The notes below the pieces were generated by a model that was not told the DNA's origin, ran no database searches, and saw nothing but the letters and a program-made list of their open reading frames with translations. From the NCBI RefSeq assembly GCF_009914755.1, contig NC_060934.1: a stretch of DNA of 64,000 bases. One strand, 5' to 3'. This DNA comes from the human T2T-CHM13v2.0 reference genome, Homo sapiens. Positions 1 to 15,779 of this stretch are shown one piece after another (positions within the stretch are counted from its first letter, which is position 1; every line of letters starts with the position of its first letter). Made by a program: the position numbers and the translations under genes.

Positions 1-576
1 AAGTTAGAATGTGTAAGAGCACTGATGCTGATGGCTACAAAGAAGGCTTTGTTTGCCCGTGATAGGGGGAGGTACAGGTAACACCAATCCTTTCTTAGGA
101 CTTACAGGTACTCAGGGCTTATTGCATTTGAACATTGATCTGCAGTCTAACAGAAAATGAGTGCAGAATGTTTACTAACAGCTGGCTTAAAGAGGGGCCA
201 AAGTGGCAAGACAGAGAGGAGAAGGATGTCAAAGTTGGGTACTGCATGTTTGGCTAAGGATAGCTCATTATTATTTACAAAAATAAGTATTTAATAGGCA
301 AGAAAACTCTGAAATATATAGCAAATTTTACATAATTATTAATTTCATTATATTTATTTTATTCTTCTTTGTCTATAAAAATTACAAATATAAGAAATCT
401 TTAAAAACCACAAATAGATAACAGAATAAAAACCAGTCACAATCTTACTACCCAGAGATAACTACTGATGATATTTTTCACAGTTTCTTCTTGTAGGTAT
501 TTTAATTTACATTCTCAAAATAACATAAAATATGGAGTAAACAGTTTCGTATGCTGCTTTTAAAAAATCATGTAAA

Positions 577-915
<339 letters not shown>

Positions 916-959
916 CTATATGCTAAGCATTTTACATGTCATTAACATTAAAACTGTTT

Positions 960-1750
<791 letters not shown>

Positions 1751-2161
1751 TTTTATTTTGGCTGTATTACTTACTCACCCATTGATTTCTGGCAAATAAT
1801 ATAGCAGTCAGAGCCTGTTTCTTCATTGGTGAAATGAAGATAATAAGACGATTACAGCATCTATCTGTTGAAAGCCTACTCTTCCCAAAGTGTTTGCAGC
1901 TCGAACAAGCATCTGCTTTGAGAACTATAAAGTGCTATGTGCATACAGGTATCATTTAGCATTTCTTTTAATATGTAGACTTGGACAGAAGAGATAAAGT
2001 ATTAATCTTCTTGTGTGGAACCTCATATCCTCTTATTGTTCTTCAGTTTAATTTCTGATCTTTCCATAAAGTTTGAACAGTCTTTTCATGAAGGTCTTGC
2101 ACACTTTTTTGGTCTTTGCACCATAGTTCTTTGCACACTGAAGTTTAAAGTGAGGACTGTT

Positions 2162-2438
2162 GGCTGGGCATGGTAGCTCATGCCTGTAATCCCAGCACCT
2201 TGGGAGGCCGAGGTGAGTGGTTCGTCTGAGGTCAGGAGTTCAAGACCAGCCTGGCCAACATGGTGAAACCCCATCTCTACTAAAAATACAAAAATTAGCT
2301 GGGCATAGTGGCAGGTGCCTGTAATCCCAGCTACTCAGGAGGCTGAGGCAGGAGGTTGCAGTGAGCCAAGATCGTGCCACTGCACTCCAGCCTGGGCGAC
2401 AGTCAGACTCTGTCTCAGAAAAAAAAAAAAAAAAAAAA
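2162..2438 (+). mobile_element. AluSx-like with 25-bp right-arm deletion
   Basis: Alu dimer with poly(A); TSD-like gactgtt on both flanks. Confidence 0.95.
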
Positions 2439-3001
2439 GGAAGACTGTTAATGTGTTTCTGAATGTGCTGTTATGTGTCTTTGAACATGTAATGTTGCAG
2501 AGAAGCAGCAGGGTGTAGATTCCACAAGCATTCCTGGATTGAGGGACTCCCTGCCTTTAATTAGGGAGCAGGCAGCAATGGTTGATAATACAAGCTTCTG
2601 AAGCACTGCAATGGATGAAGTAGCACTCTACCTTCTTCCATTTCCCAGACCATGGGCCTGCTTCAGGAGACCGGGAAGACCAGGTTAGCACCATGTTGAG
2701 CAAGCTGTGGAACAGGGCCAAGCTAAGAGGCCTTGACCTCACACACTCTTGTAGAACCCCAGAATTATTCTGAGAAAACATCTTTTCATTCTGGCTGAGT
2801 TTTGGTGAAGATAAAAAGGGATAGCATGGTAAATTGCCTTTGGAGATATATGAGACACTTAGCTCTTGCCTACATAGGCAAAATGTTAAAACAGAGGAAA
2901 ACACGTTACTAACAAAATGAAAATGTCACTGTAGCTTTATTCAAGATCACTGACTTAGAAGTTGTAATTTGAAGATATTTTGTTAGTATCATATTTAAAG
3001 G

Positions 3002-3327
<326 letters not shown>

Positions 3328-3609
3328 TTATATGTTGAGAAGTAAAAATATCTTGTAAGAGTAGCACACAAAGTTACGGTAGTTAAACGAGCTACTGGTG
3401 AGTCATTTTTAGAAGAGCTTAGCAAACCATTTCACTCTGCCAGTGTCAAGCAATCTGAAAATTCAGTCTATATTTTTTCTTGAAAGATCTTGGGAAAGTG
3501 AATGAAGCAGTTTACTTGGTCCCTGGAATCAGAACATTGAAAGTGCAGAGACGTTTTGTTAGTTTGAAAATATTGGAACATTGATACCTTTCCCTGAAGA
3601 CAATGAGCT

Positions 3610-3745
3610 ATAGACAGGGAACCAGATCACTAGTCAGAAAGCTTAGCTTCTGGTCCAGGTGGTGTCACTGACTGACCTGTGACCTTAGTTGGGGTAATTG
3701 GCCTTTCCGAGCCTCAGTTTCTGCATCTGTGAATGATCATAGTAA
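3610..3745 (+). mobile_element. MIR fragment
   Basis: Core motif tgtgacctt...gagcctcagtttctgcatctgtgaatg. Confidence 0.7.
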
Positions 3746-3904
3746 GAGCATAGCAATATTGATGCCGTTTAACCCCCAAAAAACGATAAGAAGGTCCAAT
3801 ACGCATGTGCCCTGAGAAATGTAACATGTTATGCACATGTAGGTTTAATTTAAATGTAGTCGAAGATGTAAAATTTGTACCATTCTTTTACCGGAGAAGT
3901 AAAG

Positions 3905-4100
3905 TATAGATGGACTGGACTTGACCTCTCACTGCTTTACTAAATACTGTTTGACTTTGGGTAAGTCACCTGACCTCTCTGTGCCTCAGATCCCTTATTG
4001 ATACAGTGAGGAAGATGATGATATAGACTTCATGGAGTTATTGTGAGAAGCAAATAAATGTATGCGCTTAGGATGGTGCAAACACAGAGTAAGCACTAGC
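3905..4100 (+). mobile_element. MIR
   Basis: tgactttgggtaagtcacctgacctctctgtgcctcag...ttgtgagaa...agtaagcact. Confidence 0.8.
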
Positions 4101-4828
4101 AACTTGAAACGTACCATCTGTAGGTATAATTATAAGCTGTGATTTCATATTCACTTAGTGAAATTCTCTATTTGCACTCAATCAAGTAAAACTGAGTATC
4201 TCACACCGACTACAAAGTAGAAAATTCTCTGCATCTAGTGTTGACTTAAAGACCATCTAAAAACTGACAAGTTTGCTTTGATTGTAAGACAGTTAATCAG
4301 ATCCATTTTAAGCTTAAGAACAAAACTATTTTGATTCAACTGAATACTCACCATGCCCTCATCTCTTAGCCACTGCCTTACCTCTTCCTCTATCTTAGCA
4401 CCCACATCACTTACGCATGGTGCTGGTGCGATCTTTTCTTCTTTCTGCTTCTTTCTGCTGCGATCACTTTCTTCTTTCTCCTCCATCTGCCTCAGTCCAG
4501 CCTCCAGCCCCAACAGTGCCCTGAACTGTATCCAGATTTACCTATAATCTCTATGTTGCTGAATCTGTTGGGGAGTTTCCAATAATCTTTCCTGGCCATT
4601 GGGCAACATTTATGCAGCAGACCTCTCCCTCTTTCTGTAACACTCTTTTCTTGCCTCCTTTGATGCCATTTCCTCCCTTCCTTCTTTGCTCCTTTTTTCT
4701 TTTTTATACTTCTCTGTCCTTCTCACTCCCCCTTTGTAGTTATTTCTTCCCTATCTTGCCTTTAACCATGGTGGTTAAATTCCCTTTTCATATATTGTCT
4801 CTCTCTGTCTGGGTGACTTCATCCAAAC

Positions 4829-5050
4829 CAGGGTTGGCCAATATTTTTTGTAAATGGCCAGATAGTAAGTATTCAAGGTATGTAGGTCATGTGGTCCCTG
4901 TTGCCACTTTTCATCTCTGCCATTGTAGGAAGAAAGCAGCTATAGATGGTAGGTACAAAAATGGTCTTAGCTGTGTTCCAATAAAACTTTATTTACAAGA
5001 ACAGGTGACAGGCTGAATATGGCCTCTGGGCCATAGTTTGCTGACCCCCA
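4829..5050 (-). mobile_element. MER58A (hAT-Charlie MITE)
   Basis: TIR-like CAGGGTTGGC...TTTGCTGACCCC ends; diagnostic gctgtgttccaataaaactttatttaca. Confidence 0.9.
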
Positions 5051-5314
5051 ATCTAATACAAGGTCTTCAATTACCCAGATGTAGACAACTCTCTGTATCC
5101 CCAGTCCAGAATATTTTTCTGCACTCCATACTGGTGTGTCCAGCTGCTTATTGAACATCTCACAAGGATCGCACCTCCAAAGATGTACTTAGGGTGGTCT
5201 TCCCTCCAGAGCCTCATACCTCATCTCCCTACGATGTTCCTATCACAGTGCCTAGCACTGGGAGGGAGAAAGTCAAACATCATCCTTGTTACAAAAGGCT
5301 TGTACCGTCTTCAC

Positions 5315-5460
5315 ATACTCTGAAGCCAAGCTATGTGGATTCCAATCTCAGCTCTACAACTTACTCCTTCTGGGACAGGAGTGAGTTAATTAATCTTTCA
5401 TGCCTTCATCTGTAACATGGAGGTAATGATAATTGAACAATACACATCCATAGTAGGTGA
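5315..5460 (+). mobile_element. MIR fragment
   Basis: aatctcagctctacaacttact...catctgtaacatggaggtaatgata. Confidence 0.7.
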
Positions 5461-5499
5461 TATGTTGCTTTGGGCTTTATTATGGCTATTATTATTTCT

Positions 5500-6190
5500 T
5501 TCTTTCACTTTCATTCACAGCAATCAATCAAGGAGTCTTGATTTTACTAATTAAGTAGCTATTGAATCTATACATTCATCTCTACATTCTATTGTCTCTG
5601 CTGACACCACAGGTTGAATCGAGACCATCCCTTGCCCAGGGCACTGTGAGAGCCACCTGGCTCTTCTCTCAGTTTTCTCTTGCTCACTCCCAATCTGCTC
5701 TCCACAGTGCTCCCAGGGGAATCTTAGAAATGCCAATCTGCTTATACCACTGCCTTGTTCAAACTCTCCAGTGGTTTCCATCGCTCTTGAGATAAAATCT
5801 CCATCTACAGAGCTCCCCTGGCCTGGTCCTGGCCCTCCCTTCAGCCTCACCTGCCACCTATCCCCAGTCCTGCCTCTCTTGCGTCCACCACCCTGACTTC
5901 TGCTTCAAGTGTCCAGCCTCCTTCCCACCTCAGGGCCTTTGCACATGCCGTCCTGTTTGCCCCACCACCTGCATCTAGCTCATGCCTCCTCCAGCACTCA
6001 TCCTTGCAAGGACGACCCTGCATTGCCTTTCATGCCACAGTGTGACACACTTTCTTATGCGTATGGTTTAAAATTGTCTCTAGTACTGGAATGATGCTCT
6101 TTGAGTCTAGAACTGCATTGGTCTTACTCAATGAGATTAACCCACTGACCAGGATGATGCTTTTGCTCATTAAATATTGAATGAATGAAC
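5500..6190 (+). mobile_element. L2 3' portion
   Basis: ctccagtggtttccatcgctcttgagataaaatc, cctcagggcctttgcacatgc, terminal tgaatgaatgaa. Confidence 0.8.
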
Positions 6191-6934
6191 TAAATATTTT
6201 ACACTCATAATTTACCTAAAATCTCCGTGACTCAGCTGTGTGCCAACGTAACTATTTTTCATTTGTCCAGGATTTTATACTTTAAAAATACTTTCACAGA
6301 CATTTACTGCGTCAGCCCCGGGAGTCAGGGATGGCAACTCTGGTGATTTGGATTCTGAAACTGGAGAAACCCAGTCAGGGTCACACCACTGGACTTCTCC
6401 CTACACCATTCTGCTGCTTTCTTGGGTATCAGGACAAAGTGTGGCCAAGAATGTCTCTAGCTGCTATAAAAGAGAAGCCACCACTGCACTGAGACCAGCT
6501 AAGATTCACCTTTGTCATCTGAGAAATCAGGCCTGGAAGAAGTATCTGCAGAGTCGACAGGAGCAGGGGATTAGGATAAGCCTGAGCTGGGAAGAAAGTG
6601 CAGTGTTGGTGCCCTTAGACCTCGGTGAGGGAACTAAATGAAAGAAGCAGTCTGTTCATGCAACCAAGGGTGAGCAAACCCAGCTATTTGTGATGTCCAG
6701 CATTTGGTGTGGTGGGATCCAAAGGTCACATGACCTACCTCTTCCCTCAAGAAATGAGAACATATAAAGCAAATGAGCATGTGAGAATACATCAAACACA
6801 CCAGTATTTCATAAGCCAAATGAGCTACATGATATCACATGCTTTTGATTTTTTTTTTTTTTTTTGCAAAATGTAAACAGTATCAAAGTTTGAACACTGG
6901 GAAAGAGTTGGATAGGTGGAAGAGACAGACTACA

Positions 6935-7730
6935 TTTGTTCATTAAAAATATGTCTTGGGCACCTACCACATGTCAAGCCCTTATCTAAGCACTAGGGTT
7001 GCAGCAGTGAACAAAATGGCACTGTTCCTGCTTTTATGGAAATGTGAGGATAGAGAACCAGCAAGGCATGTTCCAGAGAGTGACACTTTTGCCTAGAATC
7101 ATGCTATCCAATATAGCTGCAACTAGCCACTTGGGGCTACTTAGATTTAAATCCATTAAACTCAAGAGAAAATAGCAAAAACAAAAACAAATGAACAAAG
7201 AAGGAACAAAAAATTCAGTTATATAGTCACACAAGTCACATTTCAAGTACTCAACAACCACATATGACCAGTGGCTACCATATTGAACTGCGCAGATATA
7301 GAACATTTCCATCATCACAGAAAGTTTTGTTAGACAGTGCTGGCCAGGGATGTAATATTTAGGTTGAAAGCTGTCTATGAAATGAAGAACCTGGTCTTGG
7401 TTGACAGGCTGGAGCTGGGGAAGAGATGCTTGACCTGGGGTGGGGTCTTCCCCAGGCAGTGAATGTAATATAGAAGATAGATCTTGCAGGTGGCAGCAGA
7501 GTTGCAGGTGAGGGCAGTAGTCGGCAATGACTCTGAGCTTCCCTCCTGAGTGACCAGATGGTGGGGTCACCTAAAACAGGCATGGAAGAATTAAGAAGAG
7601 AAGCAGTTCTAGGGGCCATATGATAAGAGCAGTTTTAGACAGAGTCTGCTTAAAAACAAAGGAAAAAGCAAGTATCAATGTGTAGCAGACAGTGGAGGAT
7701 GAGATTGGAGAGAGAGAGAGTGTGTGAAGT
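6935..7730 (-). mobile_element. L2 fragments interrupted by MER3
   Basis: gggcacctaccacatgtcaagcc...cagcagtgaacaaaa antisense L2 3' end. Confidence 0.6.
7098..7342 (-). mobile_element. MER3 (hAT-Charlie)
   Basis: gcagatatagaacatttccatcatcacagaaagtt...gacagtgctg; repeated tagccac motifs. Confidence 0.9.
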
Positions 7731-7955
7731 TACTTTGTCTAAGATAAGTGGCTCATGAGTTAGCCAAAGTTCTAGACAGGACTGCCCATATCGTCTTTAG
7801 CCTAACTTGCCTGATTTTCTAGCTCAGCTGGTGTGAAAAATGTACGATTTGAAAGTCTGGTTTGGAAAGCCGAAATTGAGCCTTAGCTTTCAAGCCTAAA
7901 ACTAAGAATTTAAATGATTTTTTTGAATTTCTTATTAAGATTAAATATGATAATG

Positions 7956-8089
7956 GGCCAGACGTGGTGGCTCGTACCTATAATCCCAGCACTTTGGGAG
8001 ACTGAGGCAGGAGAATCACTTGAAGCCAGGAGTTCGAGACCAGCTGGGCAACAAAGTGAGACACTGTCTCTGAAAAACAAAAACAAAAA
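7956..8089 (+). mobile_element. FLAM Alu left monomer
   Basis: Left arm followed directly by an A-rich tail. Confidence 0.85.
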
Positions 8090-8718
8090 GAGATTAGACA
8101 TGCAAATAAGTGCCTAGCACCATCCCTGGTCCTGAGCTGGTGATTCATACGGGATGGTGCTCTCCATATGGAGTGGTGCTCTCCCTTTCTAGCCTGGATA
8201 GCAGCGAATCCCTGATGAATGCCTCATAATTCAGCTGGACTCTGCAGTTGTGTGTATCCAGTGGAGGCATAGCCAGCTGTGTGACACTGTGCTCTTATTC
8301 CTGATGGGATGATGGCAGCTCCCTCCCGACCAGAGGAGCAACAAGGGCAGAGAAGGAGCTCTGGGCTATTGTCAGTGACTCTGGCTTCTGTCTCCCCAGT
8401 GGTGTGACCCTGTCACTGGATTATTCCACATGTGTAAAATGAGGAAGTTGAACCGGCGGATTTCAAAGGTTCTTTCCAGTCTAGATTCTGTGATCTCAGC
8501 ACTCAGGCCCAGGAAGGATCTTCTATTCACTTTTAGATTGTCAGCTCTCAGACTGTCACCTGTCAGACTTAGGTATGAGATTGAGAAGGTAGCTATGCTT
8601 ACGCAACTTGAAATGCTTCTAAAAAATCATGTATTCATCTAGGCACACTTTTCCGGTAGACATTGAATAATCATGGAATTGATGTGGAATGAGAATTGGC
8701 CAGTGTGGCCTTGGGACC

Positions 8719-9094
8719 TGATATGGTTTGGCTGTGTCCCCACCCAAATCTCACCTTGAACTCTAGTTCCCATAGTTCCCACATGTCGTGGGAGGGACCC
8801 TGTGGGTGGTAATTGAATCATGGGGGCAGTTACTTCCATGCTGTTCTCATGATAGTGAGTGAGTTCTCATGAGATCTGATGGTTTTATAAGGGGCTTCCC
8901 CCCACTTCGCTCTGCACTTTTCCTTCCTGCCATCATGTGAAGAAGGGTGTGTTTGCTTCCTCTTCCACCATGATTGTAAGTTTCCTGGGGCCTTACCAGC
9001 CCTGCAACACTGTGAGTCAATTAAACCTCTTTCCTTTATAAATTATCCAGTCTCTGGTATGTCTTTATTAGCAGCATGAGAATGAACTAATACA
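8719..9094 (+). mobile_element. THE1C/D solo LTR (ERVL-MaLR)
   Basis: TGATATGGTTTGGCTGTGTCCCCACCCAAATCTC...CTAATACA; 5-bp TSD ggacc/ggacg. Confidence 0.95.
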
Positions 9095-9345
9095 GGACGT
9101 AAGTGGTGGCCTCTGTGCATGACAGTCCTAGTGTGGACACAGTTGAGTACTTTTGAAAGTAGCACATTCAGGGCTTTTGATGCAACAATTGATGAAGTTG
9201 GCCTGAACCACACCGTGGTGAAAGATGGATTATGCAGAGGGGACCATTGCAGGGTAGTGAACAGGGCACTGAGGAAAGGAAAGGACGAAAAAGGCCACAG
9301 TGTGCGATTGGGATGCCACCCTCCGTGGAGGGCCTGGACAGTCTT

Positions 9346-9662
9346 TGTTTACTTCTTTGTTTTTTTTAGACACAGGGTCTTGCTTTGTCACCCAGGCCGA
9401 GTACAGTGCAGTGGCACCATCATGGCTCACTGTAACCTCAAACTCCTGGGGTCAAACTATCTTTCCACCTCAGCCTCCCAAGTAGCTGGGACTACAGGCT
9501 TATGTCCCCACACCCAGCTAATTTGTTAAAATTATTTTTTCAGGAGATGAGGGGGTCTCACTTTGTTGTCCAGGCTGGTCTTAAACAGCTGGCCTCCAGC
9601 AAGCCTCCTGTCTCCACCTCCCAAAGTGCTGGGATTATAGACATGAGCCACTATGCCTGGCT
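9346..9662 (-). mobile_element. AluJ
   Basis: Antisense dimer; perfect 15-bp TSD ggcctggacagtctt (9331-9345, 9663-9677). Confidence 0.95.
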
Positions 9663-10532
9663 GGCCTGGACAGTCTTATCCTAAAACCCAGAAATCCAAA
9701 TTATGATTGAGGTTGTGGTGAGAAAAAAGTGCATTTTGCTGAAAATCCAATTAAAGGAACAATTAATTGGGTACTTACTACTCACAAAGCACTATGCTTG
9801 ATGATTTTAAGAAGACAAGGATGAATCACATAGGCTCTGTACCCGGAGGGAATTTATAACATAAGGAGGTGGCGGTGGGCGGGACAGGAGTGAAACAAAC
9901 AACAAAGGGATGAGTTGATGCTTCATAAAGAAGATGAGCTTGAGATGAGTGCAGATAACCAGGAGATAATATTTGAGTTATGTGGGACTGCCTATTACCG
10001 AAGAAATCCCCAAAGAATCAGTCTCTGAATGACATCCCCACTTGTCCACAACCCCACCACCCATTATGCTTTGCTGTGTGAAAAGAAAGACAAAAACTTT
10101 GGTAAATGATGACTTTCCTTAGTAAATCACATTTAAATGAGACAGCTGTATTTTTGTGCTTCATGCTTAGCCAAATCCTATTTAATTAACCTACTTAGAC
10201 TTGTTGATTGAGGTTAATTAGACCCTAGGATTGATGTTAATTGCCATTGTAAACGGCCAATGTTATAGGCAGTATGTTTTGGATTTGGTGAAAAAAAAAA
10301 TGAGGTAGAGGTCTATTTTTCTTAGCTTGCTTACTTTTTGTTTTATGCTTCCTCCCTTAGATAAAAAGGCATTCCTCCATCCCTAATTGTATTTGACTTT
10401 GCTTTTGCTGTGGGGAGTGGGTAGATGGGTTATTGAAAGAGCTGATTCTATTTTAGTCAATAATTCCTTAGGTATGTAGATAATCTCTTTCTCTTGCTTC
10501 CCTTTTCTCCCTGTCTTCTGATTATGCTGCCC

Positions 10533-10740
10533 GAACACATGCACATACACACATGTATTCTTGTACACATGTACACACATCCATACATGCACACACATGC
10601 ACATACACATACAACACACACATTCATATACACACATGCATGCACACACATAAATGTGCACACAGGCATTTACACAATGCATAAATACACACACAAACAC
10701 ATACATGCACACACAGCATATACATCCACACACACACACC
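10533..10740 (+). repeat. Degenerate (CA/CATA)n repeat
   Basis: Directly visible. Confidence 0.9.
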
Positions 10741-10867
10741 CCCTGCCACAGTTCATTCCTTCTAGTTTCACTCTCCAAAGCTGCATGGATTTTTCTCAAG
10801 CAGCTGCATGCTGTTCATAGGACACTCAATGGACCAACAAAGAAAATCAGGAAGGTTCTGGAAAAAC

Positions 10868-10868
<1 letters not shown>

Positions 10869-10908
<40 letters not shown>
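10869..10908 (+). repeat. (TG)20 microsatellite
   Basis: Perfect dinucleotide run. Confidence 0.98.
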
Positions 10909-10912
<4 letters not shown>

Positions 10913-11052
10913 TGGTGGTGATAGTGTGTAAGCAGGGCAGAAAGGGAAAGCAAGTAGATATAGCAAGAGAGAGAAAGAGAAAAGGCAATGCTTTAAGAGC
11001 CAGATGTGTAAGGGGTATGGTGTTTTCCCTATTTTATTTCAGGGATAAGAGT

Positions 11053-11265
11053 TTAAATCCGGGAGGAAAAGTCCTGTGCCACTAACATTGTCAACTTTTC
11101 CCGCCTCATCTTTTTTTCAGTTTCTAGGTCTTTTTTTACATCAATTCAGTGCAGCTAATTAAATTCAGGAGGAAAAACTCCTGTGCCATTAATATGGTCA
11201 ACTTTTCCCACTTCATCTTTTTGCCAGCTTCTAGGTCTTCTTTTATATAAATTCAGTTCGGCTAA
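11053..11265. repeat. Diverged tandem duplication, about 106 bp x2
   Basis: ttaaatccgggaggaaaa...gcagctaa repeated as ttaaattcaggaggaaaa...tcggctaa. Confidence 0.9.
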
Positions 11266-11807
11266 AGAAAAATGAAACTTACTTAAAGGCTCTTTCTCGC
11301 CTCACACATATGAGTAGACATACGTACATGTATGAAAGGCTGTGCATAGTTGCAGAAAATATCTAAAAGAGTGTGCAATTTGGATCTCAGCTGCCTGCAG
11401 TCATTTGCTGCGGAAGACATTGTGATACGCCCTGTGTGGTGGTCTCTGAGCCCACCCGCTTCCAGTTACCACCCTTTCTGTTGATGAGTGGCAGTTCTCA
11501 GCCTCTGAGCTCTGAATCCACACCCTTAGCAGACTCCAGACGGGTTCGATTTCAGTTCCCTGGCCTCCCTCTACAAAAGTGGTGCACTTGATGGACACAT
11601 TGATAACAACGTAGTGAATAAAGTAGCAGAAAATTCATCTCTTCCATTTATCTCATGACGTGGACTTGAACTTCAGGAACATTGAAGCCGTGAGGATATC
11701 AACTAAATCTCAAAAAGGCAAAGTGAGCTTTCATGAGCGAGGGGATGTGAGGAAGCTTGCTTTTGCAGATGTGTATAGATGCGTCTGTTGATGTTCTTAA
11801 TATCAAA

Positions 11808-11855
11808 TTTGGTGCAAAAGTGATTGCGGTTTTTGTCATTGAAAGTAATGGCAAA
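11808..11855. mobile_element. MADE1 (Hsmar1 MITE), left half
   Basis: ttggtgcaaaagtgattgcggtttttgtcatt matches the MADE1 TIR. Confidence 0.9.
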
Positions 11856-12354
11856 CACCTTCACATCCTTTGTAAGTTGGATTCCTAGGTATTTTATTCT
11901 CTTTGAAGCAATTGTGAATGGGAGTTCACTCATGATTTGGCTCTCTGTTTGTCTGTTATTAGTGTATAGGAATGCTTGTGATTTTTGCACATTGATTTTG
12001 TATCCTGAGACTTTGCTGAAGTTGCTTATCAGCTTAAGGAGATTTTGGGCTGAGACGATGGGGTTTTCTAAATATACAATCATGTCATCTGCAAACAGGG
12101 ACATTTGACTTCCTCTTCTCCTAATTGAATGCCCTTTATTTCTTTCTCCTGCCTGATTGCCCTGGCCAGAACTTCCAACACTATGCTGAATAGGAGTGGT
12201 GAGAGAGAGCATCCCTGTCTTGTGCCAGTTTTCAAAGGGAATGCTTCCAGTTTTTGCTCATTCAGTATGATATTGGCTGTGGGTTTGTCATAAATAGCTC
12301 TTATTATTTTGATGTATGTCCTATCAATACCCAGTTTATTAAGAGTTTTTAGCA

Positions 12355-12360
<6 letters not shown>
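11856..12360 (-). mobile_element. L1PA4/5-like ORF2 segment, 5'-inverted part
   Basis: Antisense translation contains RT motif [13 protein letters not shown]. Confidence 0.97.
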
Positions 12361-14066
<1,706 letters not shown>

Positions 14067-14109
14067 GAAAGTAATGGCAAAAACCACAATTACTTTTGTA
14101 CCAACCTAA
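14067..14109. mobile_element. MADE1 right half
   Basis: aatggcaaaaaccacaattacttttgtaccaacctaa followed by TA. Confidence 0.92.
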
Positions 14110-14629
14110 TATCAAAGCTTGGGAAAATAAGCAGAATCTTAGCATCTCACCTTCTTTATGACCCATCTCACTCTTCTCCCATGGCCCATTTGCTCCTTGT
14201 GTGTGCTTCCTTAGTGATCAAAATTTCTTCTATTTTTCTGGTTAATATTGTGATCACCTGGGTAATTCTACATCACAATTTAGACTGCATTTGTCCAACA
14301 TTAGGTATTTTAAATTTTCATTGAGGTGAAGTTAAATTTGTCTCAAAGAATCCAGCATGAACACTTCTATTTAGTTTCTGCAATACTGTTGTAACATTCT
14401 GTAATTTTTGGAATATTTCCTAAATTAAAAGGACAATCTGTTTAAAAATGCATTATTTTCTAGTTAGAGAGCTCTAAATCTTTTACTAATGCAGGTGGGT
14501 GTAGTGATAGCATCAGTTTCAAAATATTTCAAGAGTGTACCACTTAATATTGAGATCGATGTTAGAACATCACACAAAAGGGCTTATTTCATTAAATTAT
14601 AATGTTAATTTAATAGTTTAAGCTTCAAT

Positions 14630-15030
14630 ACTAATTTTAGTATTGTGTTTTCTATTTCCGTGAAGAATGTCATTGGGATTTTGATATGGATTGTGTTAAA
14701 CCTGTATATTGCTTTGGGTGGTATGGAAATTTTAATATTAATTCTTCTGATTCATGAGCTCTGCATAGCTTTTCATTTATTTGTGTCTTCTTCAATTTCT
14801 CTCATCAATGTTTTACAGTTTTTCAGCATACAAATCTTTCATTTTTGGGGTAAATTTATTCTTAGGTATTTTTAATACTATTATAAATGAGATTGTTTTC
14901 TAGAGTTTCTTTTAGTTATATCATCATTTGTGTATAAAAACACTACTGATTTTTGTAAGTTGATTTTGTATCCTGCAACTTTACTGAATTCACTTATCAG
15001 TTCTAATAGTTTTTTTTTGTGGAATCATAT
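14630..15030 (-). mobile_element. Old L1M ORF2 fragment
   Basis: tctatttccgtgaagaatgtcattgggattttg...ttgattttgtatcctgcaactttactgaatt. Confidence 0.85.
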
Positions 15031-15564
15031 ATATATGGATTTTTGGCCAGATTTTTGGCTTTTGATCTATTATAGTCTTTGTAAAGTGGCTTCTTATTGT
15101 TAAGAGAAGTGGTGCATTTTCCCATTTATTCCATAAACATTTTAAATATTTTTATGATATGTAAGACCTTATGCTAGATGCTAGGACTTCAGAGATGATA
15201 AGTGATTCCTGATCTCAGGAGGCTCACGGGTTGTAGCAGGGAGCAGTCAGGGTTATGAGACTCCACTGACTACAGGACAGGGCTCCAGCTGAGCCTGGAA
15301 TTCTGGGGAGTTGAAGAGCTCCTCAGAGATGAAAACTCCAGACATGATTTCTGAGTGATGAGCAGGAATACTTCAGATTCTAGGGCTAGGAGTTTGCTTT
15401 AAGAAGATATAGAGGATGTTTTTAACCTGATAATGTACGCATTGGTTGTATGTGGTCAGGTCTTGCTATACCGTGTTTGGCAAAGGGTTAGAATTGGTAA
15501 GATCCATTTATTTGTAATTTATCTTTTACTTCTAAAAATTACTTGTCTTAAATGATGATCACGA

Positions 15565-15744
15565 TATGTGTATGTATGTGTGTGCATGTGTGTGTTTATG
15601 TATGTATATGTCTGTGTGTATGTGTATGTGTGTGTATGTGTATGTTTATATGTGTGTGTGTTTATGTATGTGTGTGTATGGGTATGTTTATGTATGTGTG
15701 TGTGTCTGTGTTTATGTGTTTGTGTTTATATGTGTGTCTGTGTT

Positions 15745-15778
<34 letters not shown>
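15565..15778 (+). repeat. Degenerate (TG/TATG)n repeat ending in a pure (TG)n run
   Basis: Directly visible. Confidence 0.95.

Positions 15779-15779
<1 letters not shown>

Noticed and set aside
3796-3810. 15-mer ccaatacgcatgtgc recurring at 43007-43021
   Set aside because: About one or two such matches are expected by chance in 64 kb
6227-6236. Isolated short motifs (ARE GTGACTCAGC here, TGACGTGG at 11656, AP-1 at 25430, YY1-like at 44735)
   Set aside because: Single short matches without supporting context
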